Shown: in pieces, positions 1 to 10,734 of the stretch
Layout of the letters: every line of letters starts with the position of its first letter
How positions within the stretch are numbered: position 1 is the stretch's first letter
DNA from: an uncultured Clostridia bacterium
GTDB lineage: Bacteria; Bacillota; Clostridia; TANB77; CAG-508
Reading direction: 5' to 3'
Assembly (NCBI GenBank): GCA_948896235.1
Contig: CAQUUC010000002.1
Coordinates: forward strand, 338,273-370,272
Length of the DNA stretch: 32,000 bases
Made by a program: the position numbers and the translations under genes
The notes under the pieces: generated by a model
Told to the model about the DNA's origin: nothing
What the model saw: only the letters and a program-made list of their open reading frames with translations
Databases searched by the model: none

Positions 1-1061
<1,061 letters not shown>

Positions 1062-1222
1062 GGGTCTATGGTTGGCATTTTGTAAATAGAAATATTCGCT
1101 GGTTATGCCTTTCTCTAAAAGGTATACGAGATGTTTTTATTTTTGAAAGAATTGCTTGGAATGTTGAAACTTTATTTGATTTACTCAGGTTATAAATCAC
1201 TTAGGGATTAGACAGAAATGAA

Positions 1223-1257
1223 AAAGACTAGGTTTATTTTGATTGCACCCAGTCTTT
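1223..1257 (-). terminator. Probable rho-independent terminator after the DUF378 gene
   Basis: 11-nt arms aaagactaggt / acccagtcttt with one mismatch and a 13-nt loop. A T-run (tttttcattt) follows on the minus strand. Confidence 0.4.
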
Positions 1258-1359
1258 CTTACATTCTTTTTTCAAACTACTTATCGACATCTTCATGCTA
1301 TTATAAAATCTGTTTAATTATATTTCAAATCTTTATTCTCTATGAATTATAGAAATATT

Positions 1360-1560
1360 TTAGTCGTTATCAAATAATAATTTTATTGCCCATAATCCTG
1401 ATACCCCTACTAATGTATATATTATTCTTGATATTATTGTCATATTTCCAAATAACATTTCTACTATGTTAAAGTTAAATAAGCCTATTAATCCCCATAC
1501 TATTGCTCCTATTATTACTAATACTAAGGCTATTTTGTCTATGATTCTCATTTTACTCAC
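1360..1560 (-). CDS. DUF378-family small membrane protein
   Basis: 66 aa with two hydrophobic helices. KIALVLVIIGAIVWGLIGLFNFNIV...IIYTLVGVSGLWAI is the typical DUF378 pattern. Confidence 0.75.
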   Translation of the reverse strand: MSKMRIIDKIALVLVIIGAIVWGLIGLFNFNIVEMLFGNMTIISRIIYTLVGVSGLWAIKLLFDND

Positions 1561-1667
1561 TCCTTACTTTTGTTTTTTCATTTTTAATATGTGTATTTTT
1601 TTACTTTTTATTCATTTTTTGTTTAAAGAAGTAAATTCTATTAATAAAAATAAAATTTTTCTTATTC

Positions 1668-1704
1668 AATAAAAAAAGTGTAGCTATAATAAAATCTACA
1701 CTTT
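1668..1704 (-). terminator. Rho-independent terminator after corA
   Basis: Perfect 9-bp stem aaagtgtag / ctacacttt (1675-1683, 1696-1704). A T-run follows on the minus strand. Confidence 0.6.
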
Positions 1705-1722
1705 TCTATGTTTTATGATTAT

Positions 1723-2673
1723 TTAATTTAATAAATCTCTTCTTTGTAACATTATTACTGCAATTAATGTTACAACTATTGAGATTACAACAAGTATTGG
1801 AAATCCAAATGGATTATTTTGTAAAGGTACTGGTACGTTCATTCCCCACATACTCGATATTAATGTTGGTATTGCAAGTATTATTGTTATTGATGTTAAG
1901 AATTTCATTACTCCATTTAAATTGTTTGATATTATTGATGCATATGCATCCATTGTTCCATTTAATATATCTCTATATATTTGACTCATTTCTATGGCTT
2001 GTTTATTTTCTATAATTGCATCTTCTAGTATATCTTCATCTTCATCATATAGTTTTAAGATTTTTCCTCTTAATGTCTTTTCCATTACTAGTTCATTTGA
2101 TTTTAGTGAAGTTGTGAAGTACACCAAACTTTTTTCTAAGCTTAACAATTTCAAAAGTTCTCTATTTTTCATTGAATTTTTTAATATTGATTCTGCTATT
2201 TCAGTTTCTTTGTTTATTTGTTTTAAGTATGTTAAATAGTGTGATGCGTTTGTATACATTATTTGTAATAGAAATCTACTTTTTTTATAAGTTGAAAAAC
2301 CTTTTACTCTTTTTTTCTCAAAACTATGTATTATTAAATTTCTTTTTAATGAAACTGTTATAAAGTATTCATCTCTTACTACTATCATTCCAAGTGGCAT
2401 AGTTGTATAGCTTTCCGCTTCTTTTTCTTTTTCTATTATTGGAACGTCTATAAGGAATAGTGTTGTTCCATCTTCATCTTCTTCGTCAATTCTCGCTTTT
2501 TCTTCATAGTCTAGTGAATATCTTATGAAGTCTTCTTTTATCTGTGTTGCTTCACATACTTTTTTTATTTCTTCTTCTGTTGGGTTTATCATATTCACCC
2601 AACTTCCTTTTGTTATTTTGTTTTCTTTTTTTAATTCATTTGTTTCTAAGTTTGAATTGTATATTGTTATCAT
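1723..2673 (-). CDS. corA: CorA-family Mg2+/Co2+ transporter
   Basis: 316 aa. The C-terminal two TM helices carry the signature MWGMNVPVP (GMN motif). SD GAGGTG lies upstream of the ATG. Confidence 0.9.
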   Translation of the reverse strand: MITIYNSNLETNELKKENKITKGSWVNMINPTEEEIKKVCEATQIKEDFIRYSLDYEEKARIDEEDEDGTTLFLIDVPIIEKEKEAESYTTMPLGMIVVRDEYFITVSLKRNLIIHSFEKKRVKGFSTYKKSRFLLQIMYTNASHYLTYLKQINKETEIAESILKNSMKNRELLKLLSLEKSLVYFTTSLKSNELVMEKTLRGKILKLYDEDEDILEDAIIENKQAIEMSQIYRDILNGTMDAYASIISNNLNGVMKFLTSITIILAIPTLISSMWGMNVPVPLQNNPFGFPILVVISIVVTLIAVIMLQRRDLLN

Positions 2674-2840
2674 ATGCTCACCTCTTATTTCTTAACTCTT
2701 TTTATTATAGTCTTTTCTTTTACTTTTTTCTACCCTTTTTTACATTTTTATTACATTTTAGTTTTATTTAGAAGATTTGTTTACAAAACAGCGGTTTAAT
2801 GATATATATTAATTATAAAAATAAAAGGAGTGAAAAACAA

Positions 2841-4223
2841 ATGAAAATGAATTTAAAAAATTCTTTAATTATTTTGGGTATTATGATTTTGTTATTAGTA
2901 GTCCCAAATTTAGTTAATGCTACAGTTGCATATACTAGGGAAATCCCTTCAAATGATGGTTCTATTACTTTAAACCTTACTGGTTTAACTTTAGACGAAA
3001 CTATTTCATATTCTTATGCTTTAACAACTAAAGGTAGCACCCCTGAAACTTGGCATTCTTTAGTTAATTATACAAACAATACTGCAAATATTACTTTAAG
3101 CGCTTCTACTAAAGATATTGTAAATGTACTAAAAGTAACAGATAGAGGTTCTTTGTATATTAAAAATAATTCAGATGATAGTTATATTGTAAACGCTTTA
3201 GAGGTTAATTTAAAATTACCTTATTTACAAGCTGGAGCTTATGATAAATTGACTAATTCATATTCGTTTAATACTAAATTATATGGTTCTATTGGAGATA
3301 ATTACTATTCAAATTTAAATACATATATTCAATCTCAAAAAATAACAGATGCTACTTTTATTAATAAATTTTTAGATATTAAAAATAATAATAAAAGTAT
3401 AACTTCTTTAGAATCTAACTTACCAAGTGTTCCTACTTCTGGATATTCTAAAACTCAACAAGTTAGTTATAGTACTGTCTCAGATGGGCTTTATATTATT
3501 TGGGTAAAACGTTCTGGTAATGATTGTAAAGATGTATATTCTGCTGTAATTCATGATGGATTACCTGAAGCTACTACTGTTTCTCAATATATAAAAGATG
3601 CTAATGCTCCAAAAGTAAAAGAAATCAAAGTAATAAGCCCAAATTCTGGCACATATAAAACAAGTCAAACTGTAAAAATTAGAGTTTATTTCACAGAAAA
3701 AATTACTGGAACATCAGTACCTACTTTAAAGATTAAATTTGGTGAAAGTGCTGAAAGAAGTATTACAAATGGTACTATAAAAGATGACTATATTGAATAT
3801 TCTTATAATATTCAAGCTGGTGATAACGGTCAACTTGCTACTGTTAGTTTAACAGGTGGTGCTGTTAAAAATGCTTCTGGAATAGATGCTGAATTATCTT
3901 GTCCTATTATTAGTGGTAATACTATAAAAGCTAATACTGAAGGTACAGAAAATAATAATACTGATAATCAAGATAAGAACAATGATAATACTAATAAAGA
4001 TGATAATAAACAAGATAGTAATACTGACAACAAACAGGATAATAATAACAGTAATAACAGTAATAACAATCAAAATAATAATTCAAGCAAAGATGACACA
4101 GTTGCAGGAGGTAAAATTCCTCAAACTGGTACAACTATAACTTTAGGTGCTTTGATTGTTTCTATATTAGGTATTGGTATTGTAGCTTTTAAAAAGTATA
4201 ATAATTTAAGAGATATTAAATAA
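2841..4223 (+). CDS. Sortase-anchored cell-surface protein (IPQTG sorting signal, Asn/Asp-rich stalk)
   Basis: I prefer the ATG at 2841, with AGGAG 8-9 nt upstream, over the track start at 2799. It gives signal peptide MKMNLKNSLIILGIMILLLVVPNLVNA. The C-terminus has IPQTG, a hydrophobic helix and a KKYNNLRDIK basic tail. Confidence 0.8.
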   Translation: MKMNLKNSLIILGIMILLLVVPNLVNATVAYTREIPSNDGSITLNLTGLTLDETISYSYALTTKGSTPETWHSLVNYTNNTANITLSASTKDIVNVLKVTDRGSLYIKNNSDDSYIVNALEVNLKLPYLQAGAYDKLTNSYSFNTKLYGSIGDNYYSNLNTYIQSQKITDATFINKFLDIKNNNKSITSLESNLPSVPTSGYSKTQQVSYSTVSDGLYIIWVKRSGNDCKDVYSAVIHDGLPEATTVSQYIKDANAPKVKEIKVISPNSGTYKTSQTVKIRVYFTEKITGTSVPTLKIKFGESAERSITNGTIKDDYIEYSYNIQAGDNGQLATVSLTGGAVKNASGIDAELSCPIISGNTIKANTEGTENNNTDNQDKNNDNTNKDDNKQDSNTDNKQDNNNSNNSNNNQNNNSSKDDTVAGGKIPQTGTTITLGALIVSILGIGIVAFKKYNNLRDIK

Positions 4224-4237
4224 TTTCATATAATGAA

Positions 4238-4267
4238 TAAAAAATCGAGCCAAAGCTCGATTTTTTA
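4238..4267. terminator. Bidirectional terminator between the two convergent surface-protein genes
   Basis: Stem atcgagc / gctcgat with a caaa loop, flanked by an A-run on the left and a T-run on the right. Confidence 0.7.
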
Positions 4268-6160
4268 TATTTTATTTTTTATTTTTTGTAATTTTAAATA
4301 ATATATGCTTGCTCTTAATGTTAAAAGTGATATTATAGCAATTATTATATAGTTATTCTCTCCTGTTTTTGGTATTGGCTTTTTTGCTATTGTATTGTCT
4401 TGTTTTGTTTCTAATATTTCTTTATTTATTATTGTTTCTTCTTTGTTCTCTATTACTGGTTCCTTTTTATCTAATTTGTTCTCAGTTTCTTCTTTTTTAT
4501 TATTGTCATCTACTATATTGGTACTACTATCTTCTTTTGGTATTTCTACTTTTGCTGGTTCTGTTTTTACTTCTAATTCTTGTGATTCTGTTATGTTCCC
4601 TACTTTATCTATACTTTTGGTTTTTACCCAATATTTTGTATTTGGTTTTAACTTAATAAATGTATTGTTTGCCTGCCAGTCGCTCCATTTGTTTCCTTCT
4701 TTTATTGAATATAATGTTTTGCTACTATCTATTCCGCTTTCTTCATCTATTTGAGTACATTTTACTGTTATAGAATTGGTGGTATTTATTGCTGTTGGTG
4801 TAGTATTGCTTGGATTTATTTTATCTATTTTTATATATTCTGTTATTATATCAGAAGTATCTCCTTCTTTAGTTCCTACTACTCTTACATCTATTTGGTT
4901 TATTCCATTTTCTTTGATTGTAATATTAGTATTGGTTTTACAATCAATCCATTCTTTATTATTAATTCTATATTGGTATTTTTCTACATATTGCTTTTCA
5001 TTCTCTGTATCTATAATTTGAAATGTGACATCATTTTTCGTCCATTCTTTTTCTGATAATATTATTTTAGGATTTTTTAGATATGTAATTATAAAATTTC
5101 TTTCTTCAATATTGCTTTTTGAATTTGTACTATCTATAGCCCATACTTTTAATGTATGCGATTGTGCTGATGATAAATTTAATTTTGTTAAGTCTAAAGA
5201 GAATTCTTTTGCTTTTCCTTTGGTCGAAATCGTGGGTAATGTATATTCTTTGTTGTCTACCAAATAGTGTATTGTGACCATATCTTTTAAGTCTTTATCT
5301 TCTACTGTTCCATCTATTATTGCATTAGAATAATATAGTTTTGTATTATTTTTGATTGGTATTTTTACATTTGGAATATTTTGTTCTCCAACTTCCATTA
5401 TTACTGAATACTTTTTAGTTTCTCCTGCTTTAATTTCTCTATTTACCCAGGAAAATGTTAATGCACTATCTTTGTTTTCTATTTTTTTTATGTTTGAATT
5501 ATTATTAAATATATTACTTAGATAGTAATCACTCCAATTTCCTATCCATAGGTTGTCTATATTTGTTACTCCTTCAGTATTTCTTCCATATAAAACAAAT
5601 TGTACTTTATTTTTAGTTTTTCCTTTTTCTGTATATAATTTTACTATTTCTCCATTATTTAGCTTCTCTATTGTAGCTTTATCGTCTCCATCTATTTCAA
5701 CATCTGCTGCTGTTCCAAGTGAAATTTTTGCGTCATCTTTGGTTGTATTTTTTATAGTATATATTATTTGTACTTGTCTACCATTATTTAGATATTTTGT
5801 TGCTACTAATAATTCCATTCCATCTATATTTTGTACCGTATCATTTTGTACTTCTTTATAATGCATATCTTTCATGTTTTCTTTTCCTAATGTATATTTT
5901 CCATTCATCTCTCCATATTTACCATTTACGTTTAAAAATATATGATATCCTAAGTTATTATGCGTGCTAGTAATAGATTCTTTTTCTTTTGTCGTATATC
6001 CTTTTATATCAACCCCCTTCATCCATAAACCCTCAAAGCTTTGCTTTGTAACTGGCGATATTTCTATTTTTCCGTTATCTTTTTCTGTAATTCCAAATGT
6101 TGATATTGGAATCATTAAAATTATTATAAAAATTAATATTGCAAGTGTTTTTAATTTCAT
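4265..6160 (-). CDS. Large sortase-anchored cell-surface protein (IPKTG sorting signal, Ig/Fn3-like repeats)
   Basis: 631 aa. Signal peptide MKLKTLAILIFIIILMIPISTFG. The C-terminus has IPKTG, a hydrophobic helix and a basic tail. SD AAGGAGG lies upstream. Confidence 0.8.
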   Translation of the reverse strand: MKLKTLAILIFIIILMIPISTFGITEKDNGKIEISPVTKQSFEGLWMKGVDIKGYTTKEKESITSTHNNLGYHIFLNVNGKYGEMNGKYTLGKENMKDMHYKEVQNDTVQNIDGMELLVATKYLNNGRQVQIIYTIKNTTKDDAKISLGTAADVEIDGDDKATIEKLNNGEIVKLYTEKGKTKNKVQFVLYGRNTEGVTNIDNLWIGNWSDYYLSNIFNNNSNIKKIENKDSALTFSWVNREIKAGETKKYSVIMEVGEQNIPNVKIPIKNNTKLYYSNAIIDGTVEDKDLKDMVTIHYLVDNKEYTLPTISTKGKAKEFSLDLTKLNLSSAQSHTLKVWAIDSTNSKSNIEERNFIITYLKNPKIILSEKEWTKNDVTFQIIDTENEKQYVEKYQYRINNKEWIDCKTNTNITIKENGINQIDVRVVGTKEGDTSDIITEYIKIDKINPSNTTPTAINTTNSITVKCTQIDEESGIDSSKTLYSIKEGNKWSDWQANNTFIKLKPNTKYWVKTKSIDKVGNITESQELEVKTEPAKVEIPKEDSSTNIVDDNNKKEETENKLDKKEPVIENKEETIINKEILETKQDNTIAKKPIPKTGENNYIIIAIISLLTLRASIYYLKLQKIKNKI

Positions 6161-6511
6161 TGATTTGTCCTCCTTTAAAAAACTATTTCTTTATATTTCA
6201 ATAATATTGTTTTTATTTATAAATTCGCCTCCTTTCCATTAAGATAGTAGATTTATTGGATTTTTTCTATGAATTATTTAGAGAATTTTTTTGAATAAAT
6301 ATTTAAAAATTAAATTGCTAATTGATTATTTAATAAATTATTTATGATTATTTAACTGTATCTAATAAGAAATAGAATATGGTTTTTAAACCATCAATTT
6401 CTTTTGATAGTTGATTATTAGTATTATTTATTTTTTATAATGGATTATTGATGTGTGATTCCTGTTGTATTTCTAAAGAATATAATTTTATTTTAGATAT
6501 ATAAAATATAT

Positions 6512-6587
6512 TGGTGCGCCATAGAGGGGTCGAACCTCCGACCTTGTGATTAAGAGTCACCTGCTCTACCAACTGAGCTAATGGCGC
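6512..6587 (-). tRNA. tRNA-Lys (anticodon CTT), CCA encoded
   Basis: The reverse complement folds as a cloverleaf: acceptor GCGCCAT/ATGGCGC, D arm GCTC..GAGC, anticodon loop CTCTTAA, T arm GGAGG-TTCGACC-CCTCT. Confidence 0.9.
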
Positions 6588-6668
6588 ATTTATGAACAAT
6601 TATTATTATAATGCGATTATAAGGATTTTGTCAATACTTTGATAATTTTTATAAAAAGTTTTTTATAA

Positions 6669-6692
6669 GCACTGTACAAATGTGTACAGTGC
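6669..6692. terminator. Perfect 10-bp hairpin downstream of the VanW gene
   Basis: gcactgtaca-aatg-tgtacagtgc. The T-run is better on the plus strand than on the minus strand, so the direction is uncertain. Confidence 0.45.
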
Positions 6693-6697
6693 GCTTT

Positions 6698-8281
6698 TTA
6701 TTTAGTTCCTTGTTCTACTATTCTTTGTAGTGGATTATATGAGTCCTTTGATAATAGTGTTTTTGATATTACTTTTCCATTTAGCCTTAATATTCTGTAG
6801 GCTTCACTTTTATATCCATTTACTCCTTTTTGTATTTCGTTTTCTACTCCTTTTTCTAGTTTATTCGTTTTTATATATTTAGTAGTGTATGGTATTACTT
6901 CTGTTATTTTATCCTCTATTACTACTTCGTATTCTATAGCTTCTTTTATTCCTTTTATTTCAATCTGGCATATACCATTTTGTGATATACATTCTATTTT
7001 TATTGGATATGTTCTCGTATTTTTAAATTTAAAATCTATTGTTCCATATGATACTGTAGCATCTCTACTTGCTGATACATATCCTGTTATAAAATAATGG
7101 TTTCTTCTAGAAGTTACTTCAAGGTTTGCTTCTAGTACTGCATTGTATAAAGTTGAGGATACTTGGCATATTCCTCCTCCAATTCCGTCTACTACTTTTC
7201 CTCCCATATATATTGCTGCTTCTTTATATCCTGCTTTTATTGTTCTTTCTCCAACTATTTTATTATATGAAAAAGTTTCTCCTGGCATTAGTATTGTTCC
7301 ATCAATTTTTTCTGATGCTAGTTTAATATTTGTACTTCTGTTAACATTGCTTTCATCATATCTTGTTACATATTTTGATATCTGTTCTGGAAAGAAGTTT
7401 TGATTTTTTAAATCTTTTACTGTTATTTGTGGTTTTGTAATGTTTAATGGAATTATATATTCTTCTTTTTGTTCTTCTAATATTGTTTTGGCTTCTTCTA
7501 TTGATATTTTTAAATCTATTCCGTTTATTTCTTTATGCAATACAACTGGATTTTCTTCATAATATGCATCTTGTGGTTCTTTGTATATTTCTTCTCTTAT
7601 TTTTTCTATATCTATCTTTTCAGGTTCTTTTTGTTCTATTGGAATTTCTATAGTATCTATTTCAGTTCCTTTTATCTGTTTTTTTATTGCATCTATTATT
7701 CTCTTTTTTAATTCTTCTTTTTTTACTTCAATTCCTGCTTTTCCATTAGAGATTATTAAGTTATCACCTTCAATATAATACGAACTTTGTACTACAACTC
7801 CTGGTATCTTTGCAGATATGTCATCTATTACTTTGTTTAGTTCTTCTTCATTCATATTTATTGTTTTTTCTATTTTAGTGGAAAATAGTTTTGTTTTTAA
7901 TATAGAATAATTACTTATTATTATATTTTTATTTCTTCCTATTTTATATGCTTCGTTTATGGCTTCTATTATGTCATATTTTACTTCTATTTGCTCTAAA
8001 CTTATTGTTGTTTCATATTCTCCTTGTTTTACCTTTATATTTTTACTTATTTGTTCCTCAAATTGTTCTTTTAGTTTTTGATATGCTTCATTTATTGTTA
8101 AATTTGATACATCTATATTGTTTATTTTTACTCTTGAAATTATTGTTTCCCCTAATGCATTTGTAAGGGCAAATATACTTGAAAATATTAATAAAGCAAA
8201 TATTATAAGAATTGGTATTATTATTTTTTTTGCATTTACATATGTATTTTTTTGGTTTCTTTTTCTATTGCTTTTTCTCAT
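6698..8281 (-). CDS. VanW-family protein with N-terminal TM anchor and C-terminal G5-like domain
   Basis: 527 aa. The VanW core is PGETFSYNKIVGERTIKAGYKEAAIYMGGKVVDGIGGGICQVSSTLYNAVLEANL...RNHYF. Confidence 0.85.
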   Translation of the reverse strand: MRKSNRKRNQKNTYVNAKKIIIPILIIFALLIFSSIFALTNALGETIISRVKINNIDVSNLTINEAYQKLKEQFEEQISKNIKVKQGEYETTISLEQIEVKYDIIEAINEAYKIGRNKNIIISNYSILKTKLFSTKIEKTINMNEEELNKVIDDISAKIPGVVVQSSYYIEGDNLIISNGKAGIEVKKEELKKRIIDAIKKQIKGTEIDTIEIPIEQKEPEKIDIEKIREEIYKEPQDAYYEENPVVLHKEINGIDLKISIEEAKTILEEQKEEYIIPLNITKPQITVKDLKNQNFFPEQISKYVTRYDESNVNRSTNIKLASEKIDGTILMPGETFSYNKIVGERTIKAGYKEAAIYMGGKVVDGIGGGICQVSSTLYNAVLEANLEVTSRRNHYFITGYVSASRDATVSYGTIDFKFKNTRTYPIKIECISQNGICQIEIKGIKEAIEYEVVIEDKITEVIPYTTKYIKTNKLEKGVENEIQKGVNGYKSEAYRILRLNGKVISKTLLSKDSYNPLQRIVEQGTK

Positions 8282-8407
8282 TACTATATTTCCCCCCTTA
8301 TAATTTTTTCACTTGTTTTAGCTTTCTTTATATTATCATATATCGTTTTTCTTTACAATATTAATTTTATGCAGATACTTAAATTATTCATTCCATTTTT
8401 ATATCTT

Positions 8408-8614
8408 CTAATCATCACTCTCCTCAAAAAATATCTCTGCTATACTTCTTCCTAATGCTTTTGCAATTTTTTCCATTACTTCTCTTGATGGATTTTTTCT
8501 ACTTCCCTTTTCTAGATGACAAAGATATCCTGTTGATATCCCAATTTTTTGTGACATTTCCTCCAGTTTTAATCCCTTTTGTTTTCTATACTTCCTAATA
8601 CTATTTTTATACAT
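8408..8614 (-). CDS. Small XRE-family HTH regulator (Cro-like)
   Basis: 68 aa. HTH_3-type core LKLEEMSQKIGISTGYLCHLEKGSRKNPS. SD AAAGGAG lies upstream. Confidence 0.8.
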   Translation of the reverse strand: MYKNSIRKYRKQKGLKLEEMSQKIGISTGYLCHLEKGSRKNPSREVMEKIAKALGRSIAEIFFEESDD

Positions 8615-8646
8615 ATCATTTCTCCTTTCATTTACATTTTGTCAAC

Positions 8647-8675
8647 ATTATATATGTACTAATTTGACAAGTCAA
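8647..8675 (-). promoter_or_regulatory. Sigma-70-type promoter for the small XRE gene
   Basis: On the minus strand, TTGACT (8675-8670), a 17-nt spacer, then TATAAT (8652-8647). It is flanked by the inverted pair TTGTCAA / TTGACAA. Confidence 0.55.
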
Positions 8676-8724
8676 GAATTTTATGATATTTTTATAAAAA
8701 TATTATATTTTTTTAGTTTACTGG

Positions 8725-8753
8725 TAGACAAATTACATTTTTTCTTATATAAT
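8725..8753 (+). promoter_or_regulatory. Sigma-70-type promoter for the HTH-S24 repressor gene
   Basis: TAGACA (8725-8730), a 17-nt spacer, then TATAAT (8748-8753). Confidence 0.55.
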
Positions 8754-8786
8754 GGTGAAAAATAATAGAAAAAGAGGTAGAATTTT

Positions 8787-9356
8787 ATGATTGGTGATAT
8801 GATTGCAAAAGCAAGAAAAGAAAAAAGAATGACAAAAACTGAACTTTCAAGATTAACTGATATTAATATTGGTCATTTAACACATATTGAGAAGGGCGAA
8901 AGAAATCCTAGCCACAAGGCTTTAAAGAATATTTGTAAGGCTCTAGATATTCCTTATCAACAATTAATGTATACTTATGATAAAACTATTAATGAAGATC
9001 AAGAAAATTATAATGTTGTAAGTCATATTTCTTATAACAAGTTATTAGCAGTTGATTCTGTTAGTGGATTTATTGATTGTCCATCTAATGTTCCAAGTTC
9101 TGCTATAGCTCTTAAAATTAATGACGATTCAATGGCTCCTACTTTTACTAAAGATTCTTATGTGTTTGTTGAATTTAATACTCCTTTAAATAGCAAAGAT
9201 TATGGTGTTTTTAGTTTGAATGGAGATGTTATAATAAGAAAGTTCTTTGCAAGACAAGATAAAATCACATTAAGAGCTGATAATAAGAGTTTTGCTGATA
9301 TTTCTATAAAGAAAGATGATGATTTTTACATTATAGGAAAAATTTTATCAAAATAG
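8787..9356 (+). CDS. CI/LexA-like repressor: XRE HTH fused to an S24 peptidase-like domain
   Basis: 189 aa. N-terminal HTH MTKTELSRLTDINIGHLTHIEKGERNPS. The C-terminus has the S24-like Ser motif DDSMAPTF and a downstream GDVIIRKF Lys motif. Confidence 0.8.
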   Translation: MIGDMIAKARKEKRMTKTELSRLTDINIGHLTHIEKGERNPSHKALKNICKALDIPYQQLMYTYDKTINEDQENYNVVSHISYNKLLAVDSVSGFIDCPSNVPSSAIALKINDDSMAPTFTKDSYVFVEFNTPLNSKDYGVFSLNGDVIIRKFFARQDKITLRADNKSFADISIKKDDDFYIIGKILSK

Positions 9357-9442
9357 GGATTTTATTGTTAAAAATACTTGAATATTTAGTTTTTTAATAA
9401 TATAATATGACTACAAAAGACAAACAAGGAGAGTTTCAAGTT

Positions 9443-9904
9443 ATGGAATTAACTAAGAATATATTTTTTAATACTGACAAATTAATTGAAAATACTACTG
9501 TTAAAATATCTTATACAGGAAAACTATTTAGTGAAAATGCTGAAAAAGTATTTATTCACTATGGTTTTGGATTATCTTGGGATGACCTAAATGAAATTGA
9601 AATGGAGAAAACTGAACTTGGTTTTCAAGCTGAAGTTGAGCTTGTTTCTTTTGATACTTTCAATTTCTGTTTTAGAGATGGAAATAATAATTGGGATAAT
9701 AATAATGGAAAGAATTACGTTTTTCCTATTGAGAAAAATATTATGGCACTAGTTACTACTGAAAATAATAGTTTGCTTCCTAATAGAAGATTGCGTAGAT
9801 CTTATATTTGGAGTAAAAAGGTTCGTATTGCTGTATATAAAATTATTACTTATCTTCCAAAGATTATATCTGGTAATTATAAGAGAAGACTTAGTGAAAA
9901 TTAA
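9443..9904 (+). CDS. Carbohydrate-binding-module-like protein (CBM25/53 starch-binding type)
   Basis: I prefer the ATG at 9443, with AAGGAG 9 nt upstream, over 9407. VFIHYGFGLSWDD...FNFCFRDGNNNWDNNNGKNYVF matches the W...F.F.dg...WDNN.G.NY pattern of CBM25/53. Confidence 0.55.
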   Translation: MELTKNIFFNTDKLIENTTVKISYTGKLFSENAEKVFIHYGFGLSWDDLNEIEMEKTELGFQAEVELVSFDTFNFCFRDGNNNWDNNNGKNYVFPIEKNIMALVTTENNSLLPNRRLRRSYIWSKKVRIAVYKIITYLPKIISGNYKRRLSEN

Positions 9905-9915
9905 AATAAGATTTT

Positions 9916-9942
9916 AGGCGGATTTTTAAATCCGCCTTTTTT
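9916..9942. terminator. Bidirectional terminator between the CBM-like gene and the SDR gene
   Basis: aggcggat-ttttaa-atccgcct followed by tttttt. Confidence 0.75.
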
Positions 9943-10666
9943 ATATTACCCAACCTCCATTTGGTGATATTATTTGACCTGTTGTATATGTATCTTCTAT
10001 CAACCAATTTACACATTTTGCAATTTCTTCTGGAGTTCCAAATCTTCCCATTGGTATTTGGCTATTTACTTCTTCTATTTCTTCATTAGTTAATTTTTTA
10101 TTCATATCTGTTAAAATTATTCCTGGTGCAATTGAATTCACTCTTATATTAGATGGTCCTAATTCTTTTGCAAGTGATTTTGTTAATCCATCTATTCCTG
10201 CTTTTGAAACAGAATAGGCTACTTCACAAGATGCTCCTGTTATTCCCCATATTGATGATATATTTATTATACATCCTTTTTTATTTTTTATCATATTCTT
10301 TACTGCTTCTTGTGTGGTATAAAATACACTTGTTAAATTTGTTTGTATGATATTATCCCAATCTTCATCTGTAATATCTGTAAATAGCTTAAATTGGTCT
10401 ATTCCTGCATTGTTTACTAATATATCTATACTCCCGAATTGTTTCTGTGCAAATTCTATTAACTTTTTTGCTTGTTCTCTTTTGGATACATCTGCTTTAT
10501 ATATTTGTACTTTGTATCCAGTATCTGCTAGCTCTTTTTGTAATTCTTCAGCCTGTTCTTTTGATGTGTTATAATTTATTACTACATTTATTCCCTTTTT
10601 TGCAATTTCTTTTACTATGGCTTTTCCTATTCCTTTTGCTCCTCCTGTTACTATGGCTGTACTCAT
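9941..10666 (-). CDS. Short-chain dehydrogenase/reductase, 3-oxoacyl-ACP reductase (FabG)-like
   Basis: 241 aa. TGGAKGIGKAI cofactor motif, NNAG, and catalytic YSVSKAG. Confidence 0.85.
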   Translation of the reverse strand: MSTAIVTGGAKGIGKAIVKEIAKKGINVVINYNTSKEQAEELQKELADTGYKVQIYKADVSKREQAKKLIEFAQKQFGSIDILVNNAGIDQFKLFTDITDEDWDNIIQTNLTSVFYTTQEAVKNMIKNKKGCIINISSIWGITGASCEVAYSVSKAGIDGLTKSLAKELGPSNIRVNSIAPGIILTDMNKKLTNEEIEEVNSQIPMGRFGTPEEIAKCVNWLIEDTYTTGQIISPNGGWVI

Positions 10667-10734
10667 ATATCTTTACTCCTTTTAAATTATTATATAGTTA
10701 TTTTATACTAAACTATTTGGTTTTCCAATATGTT

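Noticed and set aside
2799-2840. Upstream start codons given by the ORF track, here and at 9407, 13191, 16423, 19161 and 31526
   Set aside because: In each case a downstream ATG has a properly spaced Shine-Dalgarno sequence and gives a more sensible N-terminus, such as a signal peptide, a family-typical start, or no overlap with the neighbouring gene.
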